The notes under the pieces were generated by a model. That model was not told the DNA's origin. It was given only the letters and a program-made list of their open reading frames with translations, and did not search any database. Source: Hypanus sabinus (Eukaryota). Taken from it: a DNA stretch of 64,000 nt. This document shows positions 49,317 through 61,439 of this stretch, piece by piece. The DNA is taken from contig NC_082727.1 in the NCBI RefSeq assembly GCF_030144855.1, positions 36,270,001-36,334,000 of the forward strand. The letters run 5' to 3'. Made by a program: the position numbers and the translations under genes. How positions within the stretch are numbered: the first letter of the stretch is position 1; the number at the start of each line of letters is the position of its first letter.

Positions 49317-52300
49317 AGGAGTTACGATGACAGAGGGAAAAGGGGATGGGGTCTGGTGACAGAGAGGGTTATGGTGGGGTGGGGGGGGGGAATGGGAGGC
49401 ATTACCAGAAGTTTGAGAATTCGATGTTCTTGCCATCAGGTTGGAGGTGACCCAAACAAAATATAAGGAGTTGTTCCTCCAATCTGAGTATGGCCTCATC
49501 ACGACAATAGGGAGAGACTATTGATTGACATATTGGAAAGGGAATGGGAGGTGGGATTAGAGGACAAGAGGAACCCTATCCCTGGTAGGGTGGTGAGAGG
49601 ATGGGGCAACAGCAGACAGGTGTGAAATGAAAGAGTTGCAGTTGAGGGTCATATTGATGGTGGAGGAAGGGAAGCCACCTTCTTTGAAAAAGGAGGGCAT
49701 CTCCTTCGTTCTAAAATGAAAAGCCATAACCCGAGAGCAACTGCAGTGGAGATGGAGGAAATGAGAGAAGGGATGGTATTTTTACAAGTAATAGGGTGGG
49801 AAGAGGGGTAGTCCAGGTAGCCAAGAGAGTCCATTGGTTTTTCATAGAAATCAGCAGATAAGCTGTCTCCAGAGGTAGAGATGGTGAGAGTGAGAAAGGG
49901 GAGGGCAGTAGTAGATTTATAATAGACATCAGTTGATTAGCTGTGTCAAATTTGGATGGTTTCACCCTACATTGTGGACTGCATTATCCAATTTCTAAGC
50001 AAACCATAAAAAAAATTGTTGCAATCAAAGGATAAGACACAGCAGTAGAATTAGGCCTTTTGGCTCATTGTGCATGCATCACCTTTTGATCATGCCTGAT
50101 TCATTATCCCTCACAACCCCCTTCTCCTGCCTCCTCTCCGTAACATTTGACACCCTTACTAATTTCGAACCTATTAACCTCCGCTTTAAATACACTCAAT
50201 GACTTTGTCTCCATGGCCACCTGTGGCAATCAATTCCACAGATTCACTGGACTGGCTGAAGAAACACCTGCTCATTTCTGTTCTAAGGGGACATCCTTCT
50301 TTTCTGTGACAATGGCATCTGGTCCAAGACTCTCCTACTGTTGGAAACATCCCCTCCAGGTCCACATTTTCTGGGACTTTCAATATTCAGTTGTTTTCAG
50401 TGAGATTCTCCCTTCATTCAAACTCCAGTGAGTACAGGCCCAGAGCCATCAAAAACTGCTCATGTATTATCCCTCTCATTCCCTATATTATTCTCACAAA
50501 TCCACCTTGGAACACTCTCCAATGCCATCTATTCTTAGCAATGCGGTCCAAAACCGCTCACAGTACACCAAAAGCATTCTGACCATTGCCCTAGAAGGAC
50601 TCAGCATCACATCATTGCTTTTATATCCGAACTAGGATTCCTAAGTCCCATTGAATCTGATTTCTGAAGTTGCTCCCCATTTAGAAAATAGACAGACTAA
50701 GCAGTTCAACCGAGATTTGGAACAAACCCAAAGATGCCTGGCCTCAGAAAAACCTGATGGGTGGTGCGACCAATTGATGTGAGCAGAGGTCACCCAAACT
50801 CCTTACAACATTCAGGGCAGCAGACATCACTGTTGGACTGCTGGTTTGGTTATACTCCGCCACTCTTTCTAGAACAGGAGGCTGAAGTTGGGGTTCCTGG
50901 GGCCAAATATCTCATCCAACACTGCAAGCAGAAATGGACCAGGGCAAGAGAGACTTGGCTGTTCTCTCCCGGAAGGTGGAATCCAAGACAAACTGAAGGA
51001 GAAGACAGGGACCCACTTTGCAGCCTGCGCAAAATGTCTGGCTGTTCACTCAGGCCTTGTCTCTCCAGGAGGAGTCTAGAAATTTGGCACCCAAGTTCAT
51101 TGCACCTTTCAAAATCCTCAAGAAAGTAAACCTGGTGCTGTACAGCTCCCCAAGACCATGAAGATCAATCACACTCTCCACATCTCTCAATTAAAACCTG
51201 TCTACACCAGCCCCTGAGGGGTAGATTTAAAAGGTGGGGGGAGGGGAGAGAAGGTGATAGGTGAAATCTTGAAGGGGAGGGAGGAAGTAAAGAGCTGGGA
51301 AGTTGTTTGGTGAGAAGAGGTATGAGAGGGAAAAGGGGATGGGAAATGGAGAAGGAGGTGGGGGTGGGGGGTTGTTGGGGGGCATTGCCAAGAGAAAAAA
51401 GTTTGAGAAATCGATGTTCACGTCATCAGATTGGAGACTACCCCAACAGAATAGAAGATAATATTCCTCTATGGCCTTATCTCAATAGTGAAGGAGGTCA
51501 TAGATGGACATATGGGAATTGGAATGGGAAGTGGAACTGAAGGGGCTGGCCTCTGGGAGATCCTGTATGTTCTGTCAAACAGAGCGTAGGTGCTCAGCGA
51601 AAGGATCTCCCAATCTATGTCGGGACTCACTGATGTACAGGAGGCTGCACTTTGAGCACCAAACACAGTAAATGACCTCAACAGACTCACAGGTGAAGTG
51701 TCAGCTCAACTGGAAGACTGTTTAGGGCCCTGAATGGTAGTGAGTGAGGAGGTGTAGGGGCAAGTGTAACACTTGTCCACTTGCAAGGATAAGTGCCAGG
51801 AGGGAGATCAGTTGGGAGGGACGAATGGACAAGGGAGTCGCGTAGGGAGTGATCCCTGCGGAAAGAGGAAGGCGGGTGGAGGGAAAGATGTGTTTGGTTG
51901 TGGGATCACGTTGGAGGTGGCGAATCTCTGGTAGGATGGCGATTTGATGGGGTAAGAGATGATGTGCTGCTTGACCTCACAAACAAGTTTCTGGATCCAG
52001 AAGGTTCTGCATCAGCACACACTGTAGTCCCTGGTCCCCAAAGGCAACAGAATTCAGCTGCACTGTGCCATTATACGTGCATGCAGTGGAATGTTATGAG
52101 TAGACTTATTTTAGGATAAATATGATTTATTGCAGGTTAAAATATTGTTTCATAACCTTGAAAAATATTGTGCTATGCAATGGAATTTCTAGGCATATGA
52201 ACAATAGAGACAAGCCATTTTTTTCAGAACTGCTGTTTGTCACACATTAACTACACCCATGAGGTCACTGTAGGTCTTACTGTAGGTCTGTGTTGAGGTA

Positions 52301-52730
52301 CTATGGACTGCCTCTGTCACTTCACTACTGTCCTCTAGGGGTCGCTACACTACCCTCTGGGGTGATGGGGTGTGTGGGGTTTAGTGTAGAACATCCAGTC
52401 CAGATTTCATCTTGGAGACCTGCAAAGCTGTATCAAAGAAACCAGGCGCCCTTGCTGGTTCTGAGAACATCACTGCTACTAATGTCTCTGTCTTCCTTCC
52501 ACAGAACTCCGGGAAGGGAAAAAGCAGGGAAACACAAATAGTTAAAAGACAATCTGAGATGACTGCCAGGTATGAAGAGTAGGCAGATAAAAGTCAGCCA
52601 ATCAGGTTGGGTCTGATGTGCCAAGTTACTTATTACTGTTGCTATCTGAGACTGTCTTTGTAATTGGATCTTGAGAGCTTTGCATGAACCTGCATTGTTG
52701 TTTCAGTGGCATCATTTCTTCAAAAAAGCT

Positions 52731-52742
52731 AGTTTCGTTTTC
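52731..52742 (+). promoter_or_regulatory. Canonical ISRE upstream of IFIT copy C2 exon 1
   Basis: AGTTTCGTTTTC matches AGTTTCNNTTTC. It lies ~160 bp upstream of ATGAG|GT, with a TATA-like cattaaaag between. Confidence 0.7.
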
Positions 52743-52894
52743 TAGGATAAGTTTCTATTCACCATTAGGAAGTTGCAGGCAATCTGTTATAGCAGGAAAT
52801 CAGAACATAGGAGACCCTTCTCCAACAACTCAACATTAAAAGTCTATCTGAAGCTGTGAAAGAAATTCAAAAAATGTTTTTTCTAATGAACATA

Positions 52895-52899
52895 ATGAG
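52895..52899 (+). other. Exon 1 of IFIT pseudogene C2 (ATG AG|GTACAG)
   Basis: gaacataATGAG|gtacag resembles gaacatcATGAG|gtaaag at 63100. Phase-compatible with the acceptor at 54270. Confidence 0.6.
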
Positions 52900-53451
52900 G
52901 TACAGAACACTATAAAGTAAAATTTATTTATTGAATTATTGTACTAATTTCTGTATTTAAATTTATTTTTAACCACTGCACAGAAGCTTGATTATGGAAG
53001 TAATCTGAATGCATTGCTATAACTGTACCTGGTGCACAGTGTTGGTGTTGTGCATTCATAGACACATCATTAAAGGCAGATCAGGCTGTGTGTGTCGAAA
53101 GAAAAGCAGTTATTATTTCAAGCCAATGAGCTTTCATCACAATAAATCAGCTCTCAGTTAAAGAGTTTACAGCCCAGTCACTTACTTCAACAACACCAGA
53201 CAAATAAACATATCCAATACTTTCTTTTGTTATTTAGACGTCCAGTATCTGCAACCGTTTCTGTACCATTTTGGATGCTTAGCAGTACCTACTGGTGAGA
53301 GTCAGACATCAGACAATCTCAGCGCCACACAGACAAAAATAGGCCTTTGGCTCATCATTGAGTTGCTGCCACATGATTGGCCGATCGGATATTTGCATTA
53401 ACAAGCTGGTGTAAAGGTGTACATAATAAAGTGTACAACTGGATCTATAGG

Positions 53452-54082
53452 TGTATCCAGAGAGCTGTGCCTGTCACGTGACAGCACTGCTCTCACCTGG
53501 TCAGAAGTCACACCACCTGCCAGTCAACATTTTGCCCCTCCCAACTGATCAATGCATACTTAACCATTGGCACCTTAATTTTATTAACCCGTCTAACACC
53601 AAGCTGTTGGCCCCCGGTGAATCACCTGGACTGGACCCTCCAACCCTCTGACCTATGAAGGGTGCTACATGTGCCTGGCTCGCCCTCTTTTTGCCATCCA
53701 CGAGGGACCATCCTGCTTCAGTCCAGGCTGAAGACTGCAGAACAGCACTGGAGACACGTGGTAAGGTGTGCATCGAATAGCTTGTGGGAGGGTTTATTGT
53801 TGTCCCTTTAGCAGAGAGCTGTGCCTGCCCTAGTCAAGGGGTGGCTGGTGTTGTAGTTACTTTTCCCTTGCCTGTACTCTGTCCCCACACCATTTTCCCG
53901 TGTATTGTACTGCCTACCCCACTTTTCCCATGCTCGTCTATTCCAAGCACATTTGTATTGCAGCCGCTTGTGTTGTTCCCAAGCTTTTCTCCCCTTGTAA
54001 ATAAACTCATTATTATTAAAACTGTGTGTCCAGAGCTCTTGCCTTTGAGACCCAAAGAATCTTTCTCATTTCCATCACAACA
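53452..54082 (+). mobile_element. Solo LTR (TG...CA, 5-bp TSD) in the intron of copy C2
   Basis: TSD ATAGG at 53447-53451 and 54083-54087. AATAAA at 54000-54005. The empty site is seen in the paralog at ~34376. Confidence 0.88.
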
Positions 54083-54270
54083 ATAGGTAATAATGTAAAT
54101 ATAAAATAAAAGTATCTTCCATTTGAGCTAGGTATATGTACAACTTCAAATTTGTTCATGTGTTGTTTAAAGTTTGGAGGACACAATAACATGCTTTGTT
54201 ACAAGTAATGGTGTGAAGAAAAATGATCATGTATGATGTGATGAATTTCATGAATTTTCTTCATTTGCAG

Positions 54271-55585
54271 CAAAACACAAAGAGATTTGTTGAAAGAGAA
54301 GCTCGATCAGCTTCAGTGTCACTTCACGTGAGACCCTCAGTAGGGAACCATTGACTTGAAAGATGTGACGTACAGACTGCGAGATGCTATAAATCTATAA
54401 ATATCAGGTCATGTGTCACAACCAACTCGCTTTCATAAATTGTCTGCTGGGAAACAATAAAGAAGCCATCCAGAACTTCAATGAAACTCTCGCCATCCTG
54501 CATTTCGCCAGAAAGCAAAGTTGTTTAATCAATGTAAATATCACTTTGGAAAGGCATTTGAGCATCGTCCAATATCAGCTATTGAACCACAACTGGATTT
54601 TGCAGTTATAAGTGTAAGAAATGGAGAGTATTCCAAAATGAAGGTGATCTACAATAATCTTTTGAAATTAGAAGATACTAGTCCAGGAAATTTGAAGAGA
54701 TTTGACATGCCAACAAATACACTCAAGAACCTCTATAGTTGTACCACAGAGAGTATTCTGACAGGTTGCATCACTTCGGGTATGGAGGGGCTACTGAACA
54801 GGACCGAAAGAAGCTGCAGAAGGTTGTAAATCTAGTCAGCTCCATCTTGGCTACAAGCCTACAAAGTACCCAGGGCATCTTTCGGGAGCGGTGTCTCAGA
54901 AAGACAGCGTCCATTATTAAGGACCTCCAGCACCCAGGGCATGCCCTTTTCTCACTGTACCATCAGGTAGGAGGTACGGAAGCCTGAAGACACACACTCA
55001 TCGATTTAGGAACAGCATCATTCCCTCTGCCATCCGATTGGTAAATGGACATTGAATCGCTGGACACTACCTCACTATGTTTAATATACAGTGTTTCTGT
55101 TTTTGCACTTGTTTTAATCTATTCAATATACATAATCGACTTACTTGTTTATTTATTGTTATTATTATTTTTATATTTTTTTCTGTCTGCTAGATTATGT
55201 ATTGCATTGAATTGCCTCTGCTAAGCTAACAAATTTCACATTATATGCCAGTGATAATAAACCTGATTCTAATTCTGACATGCTGGGACATTTGAACTGT
55301 ACCAGGGAAGGTGGGAATCAAACACCATCAGCCTATTCCTTAAAGGACTGAAGGTTGAATATGACTCAAATGAATAAAAACAAGTGTCATGATAATTTGG
55401 AGAGGTGACCAAACAAAATACTTTGCAAGGTTCCACGTGATAGTAAGGATCTTGGTAAGAAAGTGTCACTGCATCAGCTGAGTGAGAACAAGGGTAAAGC
55501 TATTGAATACCTCGAGAAGGTCTTGGAGTTTGATCATGATAATAAGGAATATCTGAGTGCTCTTCATCAATTAGTCTTTCCATTA
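54271..55585 (+). pseudogene. IFIT copy C2 pseudogene (same internal deletion as C1, plus a Rex1 insertion)
   Basis: Acceptor tttgcag|C, then KTQRDLLKEKLDQLQCHFT* (TGG>TGA). Shared deletion junction gaaactct(c/t)gccatcctgcatttcgccagaaagc. Ends with KVLEFDHDNKEYLSAL. Confidence 0.88.
54692..55278 (+). mobile_element. Rex1/Babar LINE 3' end inserted in IFIT C2
   Basis: LKNLYSCTTESILTGCIT..YGG..EQDRKKLQKVVN...HPGHALFSL, with tail gataataaacctgattctaattctga. Absent from C1. Confidence 0.85.
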
Positions 55586-55880
55586 TGGAAAATAATGACA
55601 CTTGATCTTTGCTTCTGCTTGATCTGACTGTAAGTTTGTCTCACTAGTCTCACGTGGCATATGCCTGCAGCACATTTTTTACTGAGATTTTTATTTATGT
55701 TTTAGATTTTATGTAACACTCTGGTTACTACTATACTGTAGGTTTCTCATTTTAACCATTCTTTAAGAGCAGTCTGTTCTGCTTTTAGCATTTTTGGGCT
55801 TGAGATAAATATAAAGGGCTATGATGTTCAATTTGTGAATGTTATGTCAGCCATTCAGGGTGGTGGTGGAAATGGGACAA

Positions 55881-56515
55881 TGTTCCAGAAAAAACTGGGA
55901 GGAGAGGTTTCTGAAATGGACTCTAGTGTGAGTCGAAGTCTTTTTTGGTGGAAACTGGGGGAAGACAGGATGGAAAATGTCTGACTATGCATCCCTGTTC
56001 CACAAGTTGCTTTCCACAGATGAATTCCTTTACGGCTGAAGCACCGATACTCCTGTGAGGCAGCCCAGTTGTTTGGGATGGATTTTTGAACAACTTTCAC
56101 AAGGTGCTGTTTGCTTTCATGTAGAACGTGGGTCCAATGTGTGAGTAAAAGACAACCTCAAGATGAGGTCCATCTTATGTGCACATTTTGACTGGGTTAA
56201 CTGGTTAACTTTTTTTTCCCCTATTAACTGTTCAATAAAGCTGAAATTTGAAAATATGCTTTCTTTACACTATACACAGTGTATGATCTGTTATTTCTTG
56301 CCAATGGTGAAATGCATGCTGACAGTATTTACATAGTATTTGCTTAGATTGGGGTGTGGGTGATCGCTACATCCTGGCTCTCCCAGTCCAGTGGGACCCC
56401 AGTCCAGGATCACGGAGTTCGAGAGAGGTGGTTTTCTCACCGCTGAATAGATTGGCTTGTTAGGTGGGGGCTAACCAGTCATGTTTCTAGAGAAGTACGC
56501 TGAAACAGGGTTTCA
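55881..56515 (+). mobile_element. Possible LTR of a Gypsy element
   Basis: Begins with TG at the breakpoint of block homology, has AATAAA at ~56235 and ends in ggtttCA. A Gypsy internal remnant follows downstream. Confidence 0.35.
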
Positions 56516-56790
56516 TTTATTTCAAGATACAGTGCAGAACAGGTCCTTCCAGGAAATGAGCCACACTGCCCAGCAAACACTCATTTAACACAGGCCAATT
56601 CACAGGGCAAATTAAAATGACCGATTAACCCATGAACTGTGCGTCTTTGGACAGTGGGAGAAAACTGGAGTACCAGGAGGAAACTCGGAGAGAATATACA
56701 AACTCCTTACAGGTGCTGCCAAAATTGAAATCCGAACTCCGAACGGCCAGAGCTGTAATAGTGTCACACAAACCGTGGTTGCTGCCATAG
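56516..56790 (-). mobile_element. V-SINE (HE1-like)
   Basis: Reverse complement shows gtaaggagtttgtatattctctccgagtttcctcctggtactccagttttctcccactgtccaaagacg and a CR1-type tail. Confidence 0.75.
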
Positions 56791-57324
56791 CAACCATTTA
56801 TGAAAGTGTGATTTTGAAATAGTAATTTTGTAATTATCATTCCCAGTCCCTGTGCTTCATTGAAGATTACTCACTCCAGTATTCAGAAACAAAAGTGGGT
56901 TTCGGGGATTTAAGTCTTAAGAAACCAACTCTGAAAATCACGATGAATCTTCGTATGAGATTCCTTCACTGCAGGAGACACGAAGGTCGGTGGTGTTATG
57001 GAGAACGCAGAAGTGAAAGGCGCTTACTGACCATTCAGGATACAAGAGGATGCGTGTGTACTTGTTTGAGAGAATGTATAGTGTTTGTAAGTGTGTTTAT
57101 GTTCTTTAAGATTAAGTTTGAAACTTTGACAGAACACACTTTTATACAACAGGGATCATAGGTTCAGTGGCACAGAAGTGGAAGATTGCAGAGAACATAC
57201 CATGTGATTTTAAGTATGTACTGTTTAATTTTTATCCATCCCTCATTTTTGAATTAGTTTGGAGATTTTTGGATGATCCAGTCTACATGAAAATGCAGAA
57301 TGAAGGCCTGAGCTCAACCTAGCA

Positions 57325-58910
57325 CGGGGGTCGGCAACCTGCGGCTCCCGAGCCATTTGTGGCTCTTTCACCTCTGTGCTGCGGCTCCCTGTGGCTTTGG
57401 GAAATAATTGGTCAGTATTTAATTAAAATGTATTTTATGTTAGTTTGTTAGCTTTTGAAATGTAATTATGGTGATCTTGTACAACCTAAGTGTAGCGACA
57501 CATTTCCTGCCACATCCGAAACGGCTCACAATTAGCCAGCATTCCGGCTAAGGGAGATAGCCTACGGGGGTTTGTGAGTGCGCGTCTTTTGCAGCATCTG
57601 CGTCCATGGGGGCTGGGTTGAGGGAGGCTTAAAAGCAAGGCTGTTTAGTTCGAATAAAGCTATCTTTGACTGCAGTTTACTGACACCTCTACAACGTGTT
57701 TTTATCGCTGGCTGTCCAGACGGAAGGTGCTGAAACGCTTTGTCGCGTGTCTGGAAGAAGTGAAAACTTTCCTGGGCAGCAAAGGGCTCACCTTTCCTGA
57801 GCTGGAACAGCCAGAGTGGCTGGAAAAGCTACACTTCATGGTAGACATGACAGCGCACCTGAACACGCTGAACACAGCTCTTCAGGGGAAAGGACGTACA
57901 GCCCTGCACATGTTGGAGGATGTTTTGGCATTCGAGCGCAAGTTGACAGTGCTTGCCAGAGATTTACAGAAAGGCACTTTGTCTCACTTCCCCAATTTGA
58001 GAGAGTTCAAACAAGGTCACGACATGATAATTTCGGAGTATTTACATTCTGCAATCATCGCAATGCAAACATCGTTTGGGAAATGCTTCTGTGAGTTCAG
58101 AGAGGAAAAAAACACATTATCCTTCCCGGTCACTCCCTTAAGCATCGATCCTTCCCTACTGAATACGACTGCATTGGCAGGTGTGAGTCAACCTGATCTT
58201 GAGATGGAACTGGCCGACATAGCCGACAAAGACATATGGGTGTCCAAGTTTAGACGCTTGACAGCAGACCTTGAAGATGTTGCCCGTCAGAAGGCCGTTC
58301 TTGCTCAGAAACACAAATGGAGTGATATTGAAAACCTCACAGATGACAGCTTGCGATCCTGTGTAAAGATGAAGGTGACATCATACAGCCCTGATGTGCA
58401 GACGCTGTGCGCTGAGGTCCAGGAGCAGAAATCCCATTAACCAAGTATGATAAATATTTTAATTGCCTATTATTTTACTTATATTCATATTTTTTCATTG
58501 TTCAGTGAAATAGTCCTTTCATTTTTCAGGATGACAGCTGGCTGACGTTATTTTTGGTTTGCTGCTGGCGGAAAATTTAAGTTCGGCGTTTTTCATAAAT
58601 ACAAGAAGGACTCAAATAGACATTGAATATTTTACTTAAAAGTAACTTTCAACCCAACGTCTTTTTTTCGGAGTTCAAAATGTTTTTGTTGCATGCAGAA
58701 ATGTAATTTCGTTTTCTCTGCAGGAGTTCATCAATTTCATAAATGCAACACATTATAGTTTGTTTATACATAGCATAAAGGCAAAAAAAACGTTGTATGC
58801 AGTGTTATTTCATTTTAAATGTCAAACGGGTTTTGCGGCTCCCAGTGTTTTCTTTTCTGTGGGAAACGGGTCCAAGTGGCTCTTTCAGTGGTAAAGGTTG
58901 CTGACCCCTG
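57325..58910 (+). mobile_element. hAT (Charlie/Buster-type) DNA transposon, internally deleted, young
   Basis: TIRs CGGGGGTCGGCAACCT / AGGTTGCTGACCCCTG. Perfect 8-bp TSD ACCTAGCA (57317-57324 and 58911-58918) with central TA. Confidence 0.93.
57727..58440 (+). CDS. Partial hAT transposase (GTF2IRD2/Buster-like C-terminal part)
   Basis: 237-aa open frame (LKRFVACLEEVKTFL...WLEKLHFMVDMTAHLNTLNTALQGK...HFPNL...LTDDSLRSCVKMK), preceded by the RWLS motif (cgctggctgtcc). The N-terminus is missing. Confidence 0.8.
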   Translation: MLKRFVACLEEVKTFLGSKGLTFPELEQPEWLEKLHFMVDMTAHLNTLNTALQGKGRTALHMLEDVLAFERKLTVLARDLQKGTLSHFPNLREFKQGHDMIISEYLHSAIIAMQTSFGKCFCEFREEKNTLSFPVTPLSIDPSLLNTTALAGVSQPDLEMELADIADKDIWVSKFRRLTADLEDVARQKAVLAQKHKWSDIENLTDDSLRSCVKMKVTSYSPDVQTLCAEVQEQKSH

Positions 58911-58918
58911 ACCTAGCA

Positions 58919-59960
58919 GAAAATTTTACTTTTGGCAACAGTTGTGGGATTGACCTATTCCTCCCAAAAGATAGACCAGAGGAGGAGGAAGAGAGGTCAT
59001 GAAGTGACTGTAGAGGATGTAGCTGCTATGAAGACACAGTGGACATGCTTTCTGTGCCAACAAATAGGGCACCTGGCAAGGGAGTGCCCAAATAGACATA
59101 GATTGGTAAAGGTGATAGCACAGTATGTTACAGCTAAGGCCTACCAGGCATAGTTGGACAATGTGTCTGACAAAACAGTGAAAGGTGTGAAAGTCACCCA
59201 CCAAAACAGGGAGGGATGACAACAGAGCTTTCTCTGTCTGACCAGATTATTAAATTGGTGAAGTCAGCATTCAGGTCAGACAAATAGCTGGTGGTAGCAC
59301 CCATTGTTAATACTGGTCACTCATGGATGTACACAAGCGGTTTCTTTGTTTACTAGCAATGTGATATGCCTGTGGACACGGGGTTACCAGTGAATATGTG
59401 ATCTAGCTTTGCCAGTGGCTGGAGAGATGATTTACATTACGAATGTAGAGGTGAATGAATGAGGGCAGAGAGAAGGGAGCCTCACTTACTTGAGATTGAG
59501 GGATCGCAGTAATGCGAGCACCGATAACTGGATCCATTAAATTTAAAGTGATCTGCTTCGGAAATTTAGACAACTGAAAAAAGCAGCTGTGACCATTCGG
59601 CATACAGATTTTGGATCTGATCCCAGGTTTGTGATCTGGGAACTTTAGCTTGATCCTGGGATCAGAGACCACTGGAGTGGGATGATCCCACAGTATGTGA
59701 GCACTCAGTTTGATATCCCAGGATGTGATAATAATTTGAATCAAATCCTGTGGTGCTCAGTCATTTAAGAATAGGGAGCTGCTTGGGAGTGAGGAAAGCA
59801 AGAATTACATGAAGGAGTTTGTCCTCCCGAACAGATGACATGATTTCTGAGTTCCGGTGTGGGGAACTGACTTTTCCCAGTCATTTGCAGTCTGTGAACA
59901 GTGACTGATATAATAAAGTTTACAGCTGTTGCTGAGGGGTCTCGTGAGCTGAGCCGATAA
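58919..59960 (+). mobile_element. Gypsy (Gmr1-like) gag-protease remnant, interrupted upstream by the hAT insertion
   Basis: CCHC zinc knuckle CFLCQQIGHLARECP (58932-59153), then degenerate IVNTG (D-T-G-like) and ACGHGVTSEY (CxHG..xY protease motif). Confidence 0.65.
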
Positions 59961-61190
59961 GACCGTAAGACCATAAAACATAGGAACAGAATTAGACCAT
60001 CTGCCCCAGCGAGTCTGATCCGCCATTCAATCATGCTTGATCCTTTTTTCCACTCCTTAACCCCGGCTCTCTTCTCGTAACCTTGGATGCCACAGCCAAT
60101 CCGGAACAAATCAATCTCTATAACCATATAACCATATATGGTTATAGAGATATAACCATATAACAATCACAGCATGGAAACAGGCCATCTTGGCCCTCCT
60201 AGTCCGTGCCGAACCCTTAATCTCACCTAGTCCCACCTACCCGCACTCAGCCCATAACCCTCCACTCCTTTCCTGTCCATATACCTATCCAATTTTACCT
60301 TAAATGACACAACTGAACTGGCCTCTACTACTTCTACAGGAAGCTCATTCCACACAGCTATCACTCTTTGAGTAAAGAAATACCCCCTTGTGTGTCCCTT
60401 AAACTTCTGCCCCCTAACTCTCAAATCATGTCCTCTAGTTTGAATCTCTACCTTATGTTCTCTACCTTATGTTCACCCAATGATCTGGTCTGCACAATTA
60501 CCTATGGTTACAAATTCCACAAACTCACCAATCTCTGGTGAAAGAAATTTCTCTGCATCTCTGTTTTAAACTAAAGCCCCTCTATTCTGAGGCTGTGCAC
60601 TCTTGTCCTAGACTGCCCTACCATGAGAAACATCCTTTCCACATCCAGTCTGTCTGGGCCTTTCACAATTCAAAACATTTCAATGAGATACCACCCTTCC
60701 TTCTAAATCCCAGTGCACAGGCTCTGAGCCATCAACTGTTCCTCATATGATAACCCTTTCATTCCCAGAATCATCCTTGTAAACTTCCTCTGAAACCTCT
60801 CCAATGCCATCACGTATTATCTTAGATAAGGAGACAAAAGCTGTTCACAATACTCAAGGTGATGCCACACTCGTGCCTTATAAAGCCTCAGCATCACATC
60901 CCTGTTCTTATATTCTAGATCTCCTGAAATGGATGCAAACATTGCATTTGCCTTCCTCACCACCAACTCAACCTGCATGTTAACTTTAGGGTATTCTGCA
61001 GAAGGGCGCCCAAGTCCCTTTGCATCTCAGATTTTCTGGATTTTCTCCGCATTTGGAAAATTGTCTGCACTTTTATTCCTTCTGCTAAAGTGCATGACCT
61101 TGTATTTTCCAACATTGTATTTCATTTGCCACTTCCTTGCCTGTTCTCCTAATCTGTCTAAGTCCTGCAACCTTCCTGTTTTCTCAAAAG
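59960..61190 (-). mobile_element. CR1 3' portion with a second CR1 3' end nested at ~60120-60450
   Basis: ORF 60227-60424 (FFTQRVIAVWNELPVEVVEA...LDRYMD), two 3' tails (taagacc and taaccata repeats), and RT C-terminal sequence up to ~61190. Confidence 0.85.
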
Positions 61191-61439
61191 AAAACCTGGG
61201 AAACAAAGGCTAGTTAGATTAACATCTGTTTTTTGGCAACATGCCAGAATCCCAACATCAAAAATGAAATGGCCATTTGGGAAAGCTTTTAATGGAATTA
61301 AACCAAGGTAAAGGGAAGATAATGTTTGTAAATTTGCCCAGCATACAACCGGTGGCTGTTGATAAGCAAGCACTCACAAAACTGCATAATGCTGTCTGCA
61401 GACAAGAAGACGGTGTGTAATACAGTGGAAGAGGAACAC

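Noticed and set aside
58932-59153. CCHC zinc-finger host gene
   Set aside because: It is followed by a degenerate retroviral-type protease and interrupted by a transposon; it is a Gypsy gag relic.
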